Shown: piece by piece, positions 24,013-33,729 of the stretch
How the letters are laid out: each line of letters begins with the position of its first letter
How positions within the stretch are numbered: position 1 is the first letter of the stretch
Assembly: GCA_963699165.1 (NCBI GenBank)
Contig: OY969413.1
Coordinates: forward strand, 212,310-276,309
DNA: 64,000 bases
Reading direction: 5' to 3'
Source of the DNA: Candidatus Kaiserbacteria bacterium
Lineage (GTDB): Bacteria > Patescibacteriota > Minisyncoccia > Phycocordibacterales > Phycocordibacteraceae
The notes under the pieces: model-generated
Database searches by the model: none
Told to the model about the DNA's origin: nothing
Seen by the model: the letters and a program-made list of their open reading frames with translations, nothing else
Position numbers and translations under genes: made by a program

Positions 24013-24944
24013 TGTACTAAGTCAACGCGTTGTTGACACTTTCTAGGTACGCCTCGAGTCTTCCGAATGGAGTTGTTCCGAGCGATTGGTGAATGCGGGT
24101 CTGGTTGTACCAGTCCACAAACGCATACAAATAGCGTCGGCGATGGGCTCGAGAGATGTGATTGGAACGTGTCTTCCCGTGCCATTCGGTCATGAGGGTT
24201 TTGATGAATCGCTCCGCTTTTCCATTGGTCCAGGGATGCTTCACTTTCGTGAACGCTTGGCTCATGCCCGTTTCCCTGCAGAGTGCCGCCACCGGATGAT
24301 CCGGTCGTCCCCGGTACTCGCTCCCGTTGTCGGAATAGATGCCGGTCACGGGGAACGGCAATACTCGCTTGCTCTCGGCGAGGAACATGGCGGCCGAATA
24401 TGCGGTCTTGTCGGGGAAGATATCGGCAAAGGCGGTACGAGAGTAGTCGTCAATGGCGACAAATAGGTATTCTCTCGGTTGCGCGGCGGCTTCTCCTCGC
24501 AGGAGCGGCAGGCGCTTGGTATCGAGATGCAGCATTTCACCCGGTATCGATTTCTCGTATCGGTTCAATCGATGGGCTTTGCGGGCGAGCTTCTCTCCCA
24601 CGCGCTTTTCGGTGCGAGCAAGCTTTTGGAACCCGTACAGGATGGTGCGATATCGGTGATTCATCGAGGAACGATTCTCGAAGACGTTCAGTCGGGCATC
24701 TTTAAGTGTCTCGTATACGGTTTCTCGGGAGACTTTGTATTCTCGGGCCAAATGGGTCGCTTGAGCTCCCATACCCCATCTGCGGAACATCTCACGCCGT
24801 TGGTACGGCAACAATTTGGTATTCTTGTGCATGCAAGAGGCGCTAACGATTAAATGGTCTGAACACCAAAATCGTACCGCGCCTTTTGCGCTTTCAATGA
24901 ACTCGTCGACGCGAAAAGTGTCAACAACCCGATACTAACGTACA
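24013..24944 (-). mobile_element. Second, distinct IS481-family insertion sequence (~932 bp) with ~30-bp terminal inverted repeats (TGTACTAAGTCAACGCGTTGTTGACACT / TGTACGTTAGTATCGGGTTGTTGACACT) and 7-bp target duplication GCTACGC
   Basis: IRs and flank repeats (24006-24012 and 24945-24951) read directly from sequence. Single copy in the window. Confidence 0.85.
24017..24832 (-). CDS. IS481-family DDE transposase (271 aa) of the second IS
   Basis: HLDTKRL...YLFVAIDDYSR, SDNGSEY, HPWTNGKAERFIKT catalytic regions; N-terminal HTH. Confidence 0.85.
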   Translation of the reverse strand: MHKNTKLLPYQRREMFRRWGMGAQATHLAREYKVSRETVYETLKDARLNVFENRSSMNHRYRTILYGFQKLARTEKRVGEKLARKAHRLNRYEKSIPGEMLHLDTKRLPLLRGEAAAQPREYLFVAIDDYSRTAFADIFPDKTAYSAAMFLAESKRVLPFPVTGIYSDNGSEYRGRPDHPVAALCRETGMSQAFTKVKHPWTNGKAERFIKTLMTEWHGKTRSNHISRAHRRRYLYAFVDWYNQTRIHQSLGTTPFGRLEAYLESVNNALT

Positions 24945-24945
24945 G

Positions 24946-25545
24946 CTACGCCTCTTTTCGATTTATCAGAGCGGCTCGGAGGGTCTCCGCATCGGAATAT
25001 TCAAGTTCGCTGCCGGTCGCAAGACCGCGGCCGAGAACGGAAATTTTGATTTTGTCGCGATAGGGAGCAAGAAGCGAACGGACGTAATCGGCCGTATGCT
25101 CGCCTTCGCTTGTCGCGCCGAGCGCGAGGACGATTTCGTTCAAATTATTTTTCACATGCTTTTCAACGGATTTCAGCAATTCCTTTTCGCGAATCGCACC
25201 TTTTCCGTTAAGAGTAAGTACGCCGCCAAGCACGAAGTAGCGGCCGCGGTAGGTGCCGGCGCGCTCAATGGCGGCGAGATCCTGGTCTTTTTCAACGAGC
25301 ATTAAAAGCGAATCTTCGCGGCGCGTATCGGAGCAATAATTGCAGAGGGGAGACATTCCATTGAAGAAACGCAAACATTCGGTGCATTGCCTGACGTCTT
25401 TGCCGAGCGATGTGATAAGCTCGGCGAGTTTGGTTCGTTCATACGCAGGAGCGGCAAGCAAGTAAAAAACAAAACGTTTGCCTTGCCGCGGGCCGATGCC
25501 CGGGAATCGCGCGAGTGCTTGTGCAAGTTCGTCGATTTTATCCAT
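24946..25545 (-). CDS. recR: Recombination protein RecR
   Basis: HhH N-terminus, C4 zinc finger (CTEC...CNYC), Toprim domain. The stop codon lies inside the IS target duplication. Confidence 0.92.
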   Translation of the reverse strand: MDKIDELAQALARFPGIGPRQGKRFVFYLLAAPAYERTKLAELITSLGKDVRQCTECLRFFNGMSPLCNYCSDTRREDSLLMLVEKDQDLAAIERAGTYRGRYFVLGGVLTLNGKGAIREKELLKSVEKHVKNNLNEIVLALGATSEGEHTADYVRSLLAPYRDKIKISVLGRGLATGSELEYSDAETLRAALINRKEA

Positions 25546-25556
25546 CGTGCGAAAAA

Positions 25557-26930
25557 TTAAAACTCAGCAGCCAGTTCGCCATAGCCCGCCGTATCAACCG
25601 GCTGGAAAGTCGCGCGCTTTTCGTCGAAGTACAATTCCGTTTTTCCGGTCGGACCGTTGCGGTGTTTTTCGATCAAAATCTCCGCAATGTTCGGGCGGTC
25701 GCTCTCGGCGTTTCGTTTGTCTTCGCGATGAATAAACATCACCACGTCGGCGTCCTGCTCGATGCTTCCCGAGTCGCGCAGGTCGCTGAGTCGGGGCTTG
25801 CCGCCGCGCTGTTCGACGGCGCGGGAAAGCTGCGAGAGAGCGATAACCGGCACTTGCAACTCGCGCGCGAGCGATTTGAGCGAGCGGGAAATCTCAGTAA
25901 CCTGCTGGACTAGCGAGTCGGATGCTTTTGTCGATGTGGGCGCCATAAGTTGAAGATAGTCCACGATTATGAGACCGATGCCGCGTTCGCGCTTCAGACG
26001 GCGCGCAACCGCACGCATGCCGAGAATGTTGTTGCCCGGCTTGTCGTCGATGTAAATCGGCGCTTTGGAAAGCGTTTCGAGCGCATCGCGGATGCGGTTG
26101 AAATCATCCTCATCGCGAACTTGGCCCGTGCGGAGTTTCCACGAGTTAACGAACGATTCTGCGGCGAGCATGCGGTCGATGAGCTGCTCGGAGCTCATTT
26201 CGAGCGAAAAGATTCCAACGGGGACATTGTGCCGAACAGCCGCATTTCGCGCGATGTCGAGCGCAAGCGAGGTTTTACCCATCGAAGGCCGCGCCGCAAG
26301 AATCACGAGGTCGGACGGATGGAAACCGGAAAGAAGATTGTCGAGGGAAGGGAAGCCGGATGGCACGCCGCGAATGCCGTCTTCTTTTTTCGAAAGCGCT
26401 TCGATGCGGTCCCATGCCTCGTGAATTTTGTCGCCGATGGCGGTGAATTTGTGCGCCGCCGACGCGTTCCCGATGGCGTAGATTTTTTTCTCGGCTTCGT
26501 CGAGCACTTCCATCGTCTCGCGCGCATCGTCATATGCGGCTTCGGTAATGTCGTAGGATGCGTCAATAAGCGAACGCATGAGATATTTTCGAGATACCAG
26601 TTCTGCATAGTGAGAAAAGTTTCCCGGCGTCGGCGCTGAACCGGCAAGTTCGGCGAGATAGCTCCTGCCGCCGCTTCGTTCAAGCAGTCCTTGGCTTTGC
26701 AAGCGTTCGGATAGCGAAAGCTGGTCAATCGGCTCGCCGCGCTCGGCAAGTTCGCGCATAGCGCCGAAAATATGCCGGTGTTTTTCGGCATAAAAAGAAT
26801 CGGCCTGAATGAGATCCGAAACGTCGTGAATTGCATCGGGCTTCAGAAGAAGCGCGCCAAGAAGCGCTCGTTCCGATTCGAGCGATTGCGGAGGAATTCG
26901 ATCGGTGGCCATTACCGCCAATTGTATCAA
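25557..26930 (-). CDS. dnaB: Replicative DNA helicase DnaB
   Basis: N-terminal DnaB domain, Walker A GARPSMGKTSLAL, RecA-like C-domain. Confidence 0.92.
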   Translation of the reverse strand: MIQLAVMATDRIPPQSLESERALLGALLLKPDAIHDVSDLIQADSFYAEKHRHIFGAMRELAERGEPIDQLSLSERLQSQGLLERSGGRSYLAELAGSAPTPGNFSHYAELVSRKYLMRSLIDASYDITEAAYDDARETMEVLDEAEKKIYAIGNASAAHKFTAIGDKIHEAWDRIEALSKKEDGIRGVPSGFPSLDNLLSGFHPSDLVILAARPSMGKTSLALDIARNAAVRHNVPVGIFSLEMSSEQLIDRMLAAESFVNSWKLRTGQVRDEDDFNRIRDALETLSKAPIYIDDKPGNNILGMRAVARRLKRERGIGLIIVDYLQLMAPTSTKASDSLVQQVTEISRSLKSLARELQVPVIALSQLSRAVEQRGGKPRLSDLRDSGSIEQDADVVMFIHREDKRNAESDRPNIAEILIEKHRNGPTGKTELYFDEKRATFQPVDTAGYGELAAEF

Positions 26931-28414
26931 TTAGTCGAGCGAGTCACCACTATGCCGTTCGGCCCGTCATCCACACGATATCCCCTGTTTTCAATCTCTT
27001 TACGAATCGAGTCGGACATGGCAAAATCCTTATTTTCGCGCGCTTCTTTTCGTTTTTGCAGCAGCTCGACAATGTCTTCGGGCAGCGAATGTTCGCTCTC
27101 GGCGCCGTCGTTTGTGAAAGATACGGGTAGCCGGTCTTTGGGGGGATTGGTGAGCGAAAGTCCGAGGTACGCATTTGCATCCTGAAGCAATCCCCATTTT
27201 TCTTCGGGAGCGTATTCTTCGCTTTTGAGAGACTCCCACAGAATGCCAAGCGCCTGCGGCGTTGCCAGGTCGTCATTCAAGCTCGCGATAAAGCGCTCGC
27301 GTGCTTCGGAATGAGCAGCGGTTTTTTTCGATTCCTTCGCAATCTCGTGTGACATTTTCCAGAGTCGGTCGAGTGCGCCGGATGCGGCCGCGAGCGCATC
27401 CCACGAAAAAGAAAGGGGAGTGCGATAATGCGCCTGCAGAAAAAAATATCGGAGCGCGAGCGGATGGAATCCTTTATCGGTGATGTCCGAAAGATACACC
27501 ACGTTGCCGAGCGACTTGCTGGCCTTCTCGCCGTTCATCGTGAGAAATGCGCTGTGCATCCAGTAATGCACGAACGTGCGTCCGCTCGCCGCTTCCGACT
27601 GCGCGATTTCGTTGTTGTGATGAACCGCTATGTGGTCTTCGCCGCCCGTATGAATGTCGATTTCTTGTCCGAGAAGTGCGCGCGTCATTGCAGAACATTC
27701 GATGTGCCAGCCGGGATTGCCGCGTCCCCACGGGCTGTCCCATTGCTGCAAATCGTTCGGTTTCGCAGCCCGCCATAACACGAAATCGGATGAATGCCGT
27801 TTTCCCTCGACGACTTCGACGCGCGCGCCCGCTTCAAGCTGTACGTTCGAAATGCCGCCCAGTTTTCCGTACCCGACGAATTTTTGCGTATCAAAATACA
27901 AGCCGTCGGGGAGCCGATACGCGAACCCTTTTTCTTCAAGGGTTTTTGCGAGCGCGATTTGTTCCTGGATGTATTCGGTCGCGCGCGGGAAAAGGATGTC
28001 GTTCGTATCGATATTCAAGTCGCCGATGTCTTCGATGAAAATTTTGGCATAGCGCGCGGCAATCATTTCCGGCGTCGTCTGTTCGCGCGCCGCGCCGACC
28101 GCCATTTTATCCTCGCCGCCGTCGCCGTCGCCGACCATGTGGCCGACATCTGTAATGTTAATGACGCGGCGCATGCGGTATCCGGCCGCGGTCAGCGCGC
28201 GGGCGATTGAATCCGAAAAAACATACGCCCGCAAGTTGCCGATATGCGCGCGATTGTAGACGGTCGGCCCGCAGGAATACATGAGTGCAAGCCCGGGCTT
28301 CTGCGGAATGAAAAGCTCTTTTTTGCCGGAAAGGGTGTTGGTAAAGTATATCTGCGACCGGTGGTCGAGGCCGGTTTTTTTATTTCTGCCGAAGATTCGG
28401 GTGAATGGTTTCAT
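26927..28414 (-). CDS. cysS: Cysteinyl-tRNA synthetase
   Basis: HIGN (HIGH) and KASKS (KMSKS) motifs. Start chosen at MKPF... (the ORF extends 5 codons further). 4-nt overlap with dnaB. Confidence 0.9.
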   Translation of the reverse strand: MKPFTRIFGRNKKTGLDHRSQIYFTNTLSGKKELFIPQKPGLALMYSCGPTVYNRAHIGNLRAYVFSDSIARALTAAGYRMRRVINITDVGHMVGDGDGGEDKMAVGAAREQTTPEMIAARYAKIFIEDIGDLNIDTNDILFPRATEYIQEQIALAKTLEEKGFAYRLPDGLYFDTQKFVGYGKLGGISNVQLEAGARVEVVEGKRHSSDFVLWRAAKPNDLQQWDSPWGRGNPGWHIECSAMTRALLGQEIDIHTGGEDHIAVHHNNEIAQSEAASGRTFVHYWMHSAFLTMNGEKASKSLGNVVYLSDITDKGFHPLALRYFFLQAHYRTPLSFSWDALAAASGALDRLWKMSHEIAKESKKTAAHSEARERFIASLNDDLATPQALGILWESLKSEEYAPEEKWGLLQDANAYLGLSLTNPPKDRLPVSFTNDGAESEHSLPEDIVELLQKRKEARENKDFAMSDSIRKEIENRGYRVDDGPNGIVVTRSTN

Positions 28415-28416
28415 AA

Positions 28417-29388
28417 TTAAAATATCCATCGTTTTTTAGCAAATACCAGCAGCATGGTGAGCGCGATTGCGAACATGATGCCGAGAATAATCCAAAATGA
28501 GTCCGGGTTCTGTTCGAACGGAGTGCCTTGCAGGTGCATGCCGAACACGAGCGCGACGAGTTCGAGCGGCAGCACGCCGAAGGTTATGACGGTCAGCGTT
28601 TTCATGATTTCGTTTTGCCGCGCGCCGAGTATTGCCGTATTCGTCTCGCGCATTTCGGCCGCGACGGCGCGATGCGTTTTCAAAAGCCGCGCCACCTGAT
28701 TTCGTTCCGCGAGAATGCGCTCGGCGCGTTCCGGAAACGTCTCGCCGAAAAATCCGCGCGAGGTCAGAACGTGCAGAAAGCGTTCGGCCGGTTCCTCGTG
28801 GTTCGCGAGCGCCGCCTCCATGTGCAGAAATTCGCGGTTTATGTTTGAAATCGAACGTACGGTTGAATTTTCATGGCCGTTGAACATTTCGCGTTCGACG
28901 TGTTCGAGGCGCGCCGCCGCGTGGTTGGTGTGGTCGCGCACGGACGCATAGAGGTGCGCAAAAAGAACCTCCAGCAATATGTCCGTCGAAATCGGGTCTT
29001 TTCCGGAAACAAGCTCCTGCGCCGCCAGCAATTTTTGCAAATGATAGAGCGGCGCAACAACTTCGTAACGAACGGTAATGATAAAATGCTCGCCGACGAT
29101 AAAATCTATCTCCTGATTGCCGGTGTCGCCGTCTTCCGTGCCAGGCGTGGGGAAGTGCAGAATGACGAGGACGGCCGAATCGTCCGCCGCGACAAGCGGA
29201 ACGGGATTCGGGGAGACAATTTCCTGCTCGATGCGCTTGCCGATTGAGAATTCTTTCACGACGCTTGCCATTTCTTCATCGCCGGGCTGTTCGAGGTCAA
29301 CCCATACGCCGCCGTGGTAGCTGTGCCGACTTATCATGCTGTTAACAATACCATGTACCGTTTGCGGTGTGCTACACTCTGCAGACAA
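28417..29388 (-). CDS. corA: CorA-family divalent cation transporter with GMH in place of the canonical GMN motif
   Basis: Cytoplasmic N-domain plus two C-terminal TM helices; loop motif reads VFGMHLQ. Confidence 0.75.
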   Translation of the reverse strand: MSAECSTPQTVHGIVNSMISRHSYHGGVWVDLEQPGDEEMASVVKEFSIGKRIEQEIVSPNPVPLVAADDSAVLVILHFPTPGTEDGDTGNQEIDFIVGEHFIITVRYEVVAPLYHLQKLLAAQELVSGKDPISTDILLEVLFAHLYASVRDHTNHAAARLEHVEREMFNGHENSTVRSISNINREFLHMEAALANHEEPAERFLHVLTSRGFFGETFPERAERILAERNQVARLLKTHRAVAAEMRETNTAILGARQNEIMKTLTVITFGVLPLELVALVFGMHLQGTPFEQNPDSFWIILGIMFAIALTMLLVFAKKRWIF

Positions 29389-30638
29389 TGGATGGTGAAA
29401 GGAGAACCGGCGGCAAAAGCATCATAAAACTCGGCGTCGCTTTTGCGCTCGTCGCGGTTCTTGCTTTCGGCATCGGAGTTTCAATCGGTTCAAACGGATC
29501 TGCCGTCTCAATCGCAAATCATGTCCCGATGTTGGGCAACGGACTCGATCCGACGCCGGACCAAAACGCCGACCTCACCGATTTTTGGGAAGCATGGAAC
29601 GCGCTTCAGGCGAACTATGTCATAACGCATGCATCCTCCACGATGCCGTCCGAAAAAGACCGCATATACGGGGCAATCAGCGGCCTAGCGTCTTCCTATG
29701 GCGACCCATATACCGTTTTCTTTCCGCCGGTTCAGGCGAAGGCATTTAACGACAATATTTCCGGAAGCTTCGGAGGCGTTGGCATGGAAATTGACGAGAA
29801 GGATGGCGTGCTCACCGTAGTGGCACCGCTTAAGGGAACGCCGGCCGAAGCGGCGGGCATTAAAGCAGGTGACTTTGTCATTGCTATTAACGGCAAATCA
29901 ACAGAAGGATTGTCGGTTGACGCGGCCGTTGCGGCTATTCGCGGTCCCATCGGCAGTACCGTCAGTTTTACTCTCGTTCGAGACGGTCAAACGATTAATG
30001 TCAAAGTTGTTCGGCAAACGATTCAGGTACCGGAAACGAAAGACGGACTCGACGCCAAGACCGGCGTATACAGCATTGCGCTCTATGAATTCACCGAGAA
30101 TTCCGCGGACCTTTTCGATCAGGCGTTCGCTCGGTTTAAAGCATCGGGTTCGAAAAAGCTCATCATTGATTTGCGGGGAAATCCCGGCGGTTATCTTGAC
30201 GCGGCCGTGGACATTGCAAGCCATTTCCTTCCAAAAGGCCAGACAATCGTAACCGAGGATTTTGACGGCAAACAGCAAAACGATGTGCATACCAGCTTGG
30301 GGTACGAAGACGTGCCCGCAGGAACGAAAATCGTTGTGCTCATCGACGGCGGTTCCGCTTCGGCATCGGAAATTCTATCCGGCGCGTTGCAGGATACGCA
30401 CACCGCAACACTCATCGGAGTAAAATCGTTCGGCAAGGGCTCGGTGCAAACGCTGATAAACATTGATGGTGGTTCGCTTAAGGTGACGGTCGCCAGGTGG
30501 ATAACGCCCGCCGGGCACTGGATTATGGGCAACGGAATTACACCCGATATCGTTGTGCCGTACACGGCGGACGATGCGGCGGCGAAAACCGATCCGCAGA
30601 TGGCGCGCGCGGTGCAATTCCTCACGACCGGCAAATAA
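29388..30638 (+). CDS. ctpA: Carboxyl-terminal processing protease (S41 family, PDZ domain)
   Basis: N-terminal TM, PDZ-like region (GIKAGDFVIAINGKS), S41 motif IDLRGNPGGYL and catalytic K region. Confidence 0.85.
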   Translation: MDGERRTGGKSIIKLGVAFALVAVLAFGIGVSIGSNGSAVSIANHVPMLGNGLDPTPDQNADLTDFWEAWNALQANYVITHASSTMPSEKDRIYGAISGLASSYGDPYTVFFPPVQAKAFNDNISGSFGGVGMEIDEKDGVLTVVAPLKGTPAEAAGIKAGDFVIAINGKSTEGLSVDAAVAAIRGPIGSTVSFTLVRDGQTINVKVVRQTIQVPETKDGLDAKTGVYSIALYEFTENSADLFDQAFARFKASGSKKLIIDLRGNPGGYLDAAVDIASHFLPKGQTIVTEDFDGKQQNDVHTSLGYEDVPAGTKIVVLIDGGSASASEILSGALQDTHTATLIGVKSFGKGSVQTLINIDGGSLKVTVARWITPAGHWIMGNGITPDIVVPYTADDAAAKTDPQMARAVQFLTTGK

Positions 30639-30639
30639 C

Positions 30640-30906
30640 ATGGCGCATGCGTCGCAGGAAGAATTGAACGCGCGCCTTTCAGACGCCGCCGCTCTTGTGG
30701 AAGTCGGCGCGCGGTACGTGCATTGCAAGGACGCTTCGAAAGAATACGTTGTGAAATCGCTTGCAATACTTGAATCGACCGAAGAAATTGCGGTTGTGTA
30801 CGAGGCGCAATATGGCGACGGCATTACTTTCATCCGTCCGCTTTCAAATTGGCTTGAAACGGTCGAGTGGGAAGGGAAGACCGTGCCACGTTTTCAAAAA
30901 ATCTGA
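30640..30906 (+). CDS. DUF1653-family small protein
   Basis: 88 aa; YVHCKD..Y...VVYEAQYGDG..FIRPLSNWLETVEWEGKTVPRF matches the DUF1653 pattern. Confidence 0.55.
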   Translation: MAHASQEELNARLSDAAALVEVGARYVHCKDASKEYVVKSLAILESTEEIAVVYEAQYGDGITFIRPLSNWLETVEWEGKTVPRFQKI

Positions 30907-30946
30907 AGCGGTTGCGCGCGACCGTCGATTCAAGTAGGATGAAAAT

Positions 30947-31390
30947 ATGAAAATCGTTTTAACCAAGGATGTGAAGGGCGTCGGGCGCGCGCATGAAGTG
31001 CTTGAAATCGCGGACGGGCATGCGCTCAATTTTCTTATTCCGAAAAAGCTTGCCATTCCCGCAACGGCGTCGGCAATAAAAGAGGCGCAGGAGCGCAAGA
31101 AGCATGTCGTGGAGCGCAAGGAGCTCGACACGAAACTTGTTGCGCAAAATCTCGCGTCGCTCGCCGAGGCGCGCATCGTTATAAAAGTTAAGGCAAACGA
31201 AAAGGGGCATTTGTATGATGCGGTCGGAGAGTCGGAGATTCGCGTAGCGGCAAAGGAGCAGGCGCATGTCGATTTGCCGGAGCATTCGGTGAAGCTGGAG
31301 AAGCCGATTAAAGAACTCGGGACGTTTACCATTCCGGTCTCGTTTGGCGAATTGTTCGGGAAGTTTGAGATAATCGTCGAGGCGGAATAA
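30947..31390 (+). CDS. rplI: 50S ribosomal protein L9
   Basis: MKIVLTKDVKGVGRAHEVLEIADGHALNFLIPKKLA...; canonical L9. Confidence 0.92.
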   Translation: MKIVLTKDVKGVGRAHEVLEIADGHALNFLIPKKLAIPATASAIKEAQERKKHVVERKELDTKLVAQNLASLAEARIVIKVKANEKGHLYDAVGESEIRVAAKEQAHVDLPEHSVKLEKPIKELGTFTIPVSFGELFGKFEIIVEAE

Positions 31391-31394
31391 AAAT

Positions 31395-31440
31395 ACAAAA
31401 GTCCGCGCCGCTTCGCGGCGCGGACTTTTGTATTTTTTAC
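31395..31440. terminator. Bidirectional rho-independent terminator between convergent rplI and rpmA
   Basis: ACAAAAGTCCGCGCCGC-ttcg-GCGGCGCGGACTTTTGT flanked by A-run and T-run. Confidence 0.75.
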
Positions 31441-31709
31441 AAAACGTCGACGACTTTCTTTGCAATGACGTGCCCCGTAAAGGTCGTCTTGCGGCGATTC
31501 CTGAACGCGACTTTGCCGGTTGCAATTGCAAAAAGCGTATGGTCGCGGCCGACGCGGACATTTTTCCCGGCTTCGATTTTCGTGCCGCGCTGGCGAACAA
31601 TCACCATGCCCGGTCGCGCAGAAGCGCCGTCGGCGAGCTTTACGCCGAGGTATTTAGGATTCGAATCATTAAGGTTTTTCGCTGACCCGCCAGCTTTCGT
31701 TGATGCCAT
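31437..31709 (-). CDS. rpmA: 50S ribosomal protein L27
   Basis: [24 protein letters not shown]...; canonical L27. Confidence 0.92.
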   Translation of the reverse strand: MASTKAGGSAKNLNDSNPKYLGVKLADGASARPGMVIVRQRGTKIEAGKNVRVGRDHTLFAIATGKVAFRNRRKTTFTGHVIAKKVVDVL

Positions 31710-31728
31710 AGTGGTATAGTTTTACCTA

Positions 31729-32118
31729 ATGACTATAGCAGAAGCGCGGGAAATATGCAAAAACTTCATCGCCGCACACGCGCCTGCGGGAGGTAATTTG
31801 TCCCGGGATGCCATCGTTGTCGGCATCCTTATCCTTTCGTCGTCTTCGAGCTTTGCGTTGGGCTATTTTGCAGGAAAAGACGGCAGGGAAGCCGGTACGG
31901 TGACCGTCCAGGAGTCGCTTCTCGCCGAGACGGGAACCGCGGCAACGTCGTCGCCGCAATCCGGACAATTTGTCGCATCGAAAAGCGGGGCAAAATATTA
32001 CCTGTCTTCGTGTGCCGGAGCGTCGCGCATTTCGGACGAAAACAAAGTGTGGTTTAACTCAGCTGCAGCCGCAAAAAGCGCCGGTTATTCGCCCGCTTCA
32101 AATTGCAAAGGCCTGTGA
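31729..32118 (+). CDS. Hypothetical membrane-anchored protein with C-terminal small Cys-containing domain (Y-x-x-S-x-C-x(n)-N-x-x-F-x-S-x-x-A-x-x-x-GY-x-P-x(n)-C)
   Basis: 129 aa, one TM. C-terminus KYYLSSCAGASRISDENKVWFNSAAAAKSAGYSPASNCKGL. Confidence 0.5.
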   Translation: MTIAEAREICKNFIAAHAPAGGNLSRDAIVVGILILSSSSSFALGYFAGKDGREAGTVTVQESLLAETGTAATSSPQSGQFVASKSGAKYYLSSCAGASRISDENKVWFNSAAAAKSAGYSPASNCKGL

Positions 32119-32137
32119 TCTGCTAAAATCATTTTAT

Positions 32138-32899
32138 ATGGCTGATGGCGGACCCGACAAAACGCAGGACTCTAATGCATCCTCGATAAACGAGACGGCC
32201 GAACGGCTCGCAAAAGTCGTTCACGAGGGACGCCGCACCATGCCGGACGACCGACCGTTGCTCGTATGCAAACCGAGAGAAATCGAGTCGTGGCGCGTGT
32301 TCAAAATCATGTCGGAGTTCATCGAGGGATTCGACATCATTCGTCGCTACGGACTTGCCGCGTCTTTCTTTGGCAGCGCGCGCGCGACTATCGAACATGA
32401 CATGTATAAAAAAGCCGAAATTCTCGCAGGCCGTCTCGCGAAAAAAGGTTTTGCGATTATTACCGGCGGCAGCGCGGGCATCATGCAGGCCGCAAACAAA
32501 GGAGCATTCGAGGCCGGCGGCGATTCCGTCGGTCTCAACATCAATCTGCCGTCAAATCAAGGATATAACCCGTACCTCACCGAGAAATTCGGTTTCGATC
32601 ATTTCTTCGTTCGGAAAGTCATGCTCACGTACGCGTCCGAGGTGTACATTTATTTTCCCGGCGGTTTTGGCACCCTCGACGAATTTTTTGAAATCATCAC
32701 GCTTATCCAGACGAAGAAGATTCAAAAAGTGCCGGTGATTCTATTCGGGAAAGAATATTGGGAACCGCTGCTTTCGTTCATCGAACAAACTCTTTACAAA
32801 GAATCCGCCGCAATCGATAAGAATGACCTGGAACTCTACAATCTTGTCGATTCGGTGGATGAGGCCTACGATTACATCATTTCGAATCTTTCCTGTTAG
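32138..32899 (+). CDS. LOG-family protein (cytokinin riboside 5'-monophosphate phosphoribohydrolase-like Rossmann fold)
   Basis: TGGSAGIMQAANKGA and PGGFGTLDE motifs. Internal ATG chosen to avoid overlap with the upstream gene. Confidence 0.8.
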   Translation: MADGGPDKTQDSNASSINETAERLAKVVHEGRRTMPDDRPLLVCKPREIESWRVFKIMSEFIEGFDIIRRYGLAASFFGSARATIEHDMYKKAEILAGRLAKKGFAIITGGSAGIMQAANKGAFEAGGDSVGLNINLPSNQGYNPYLTEKFGFDHFFVRKVMLTYASEVYIYFPGGFGTLDEFFEIITLIQTKKIQKVPVILFGKEYWEPLLSFIEQTLYKESAAIDKNDLELYNLVDSVDEAYDYIISNLSC

Positions 32900-33240
32900 A
32901 TATGCCGCTCGACTTTAGTCAAAAACAGCTGGTTAACAAATCCCTGCATTCGCATCGGCTGAGGAAGTGGGCGCTCGTATTCAGTATTATTTCGATGCTT
33001 GCCTCGCTTGCGGTCCTTATTATCAGAATTCTGCGATAGAAACGAAAGGGAACAGGGCAGTGGATAAATCCGCTCCCCGGCCGATGAGGCATGATATCCT
33101 CTTCCCCATGGCACGAGAAAAAAACACAGCGCGCAATCTTGAGTTTTATGCGTTTTGGACCGGATTTACCAGTACACTCATTAGCTTGCTTCAGGTTATC
33201 GTAATAGCCGTCAAGAAATAAAAGGGAACGGAACAGACGT

Positions 33241-33276
33241 CACGAAATATAGCTCCGAAAGGAGCTATATTTCGTG
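33241..33276. terminator. Perfect 16-bp hairpin with GAAA tetraloop (CACGAAATATAGCTCC-gaaa-GGAGCTATATTTCGTG)
   Basis: Read directly from sequence; lies in an AT-rich island between convergent small genes. No clear T-run. Confidence 0.4.
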
Positions 33277-33354
33277 GGGGACTTCCGTATCCAATGTGCG
33301 CACAATATATCTTTTGCGCACTACTGAAAAAGCTAATACAATCTTTCTTTCAAA

Positions 33355-33729
33355 TCACGAAAGTAAATGTCTTTGAGCAAAAGCCAAGATGACGTAGATA
33401 ATTGTCATTACGATTACGATACCGATTAATGCAAACATAGTAATAACTAAAGGATGCGGCTTCTGTCGTATTTTTGGTCCGGTGTAAACGGTCTCCGAGA
33501 TTGGTTTCCTTTCCGTCATTACAAGAATTAGTCCAAGAACGCAGCCGAGGATGAAAAAACCTTGTGCAAGTATCGCAATCATGAATACAAGCAGTCCAAA
33601 CCCGAATGAGGACGATTCCTGATAAGCATAATTGTTCGTGCCAGCCATTATTGAACTCCAAGCAAGACCAATCAGGCCAATAATGGCTAGCAACCTGGCA
33701 AGATATCGGAAGAATTTTCGAATCGCCAT
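33355..33729 (-). CDS. Hypothetical polytopic membrane protein (AT-rich gene)
   Basis: 124 aa, ~4 predicted TM helices; local GC visibly lower than neighbouring genes. Confidence 0.5.
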   Translation of the reverse strand: MAIRKFFRYLARLLAIIGLIGLAWSSIMAGTNNYAYQESSSFGFGLLVFMIAILAQGFFILGCVLGLILVMTERKPISETVYTGPKIRQKPHPLVITMFALIGIVIVMTIIYVILAFAQRHLLS

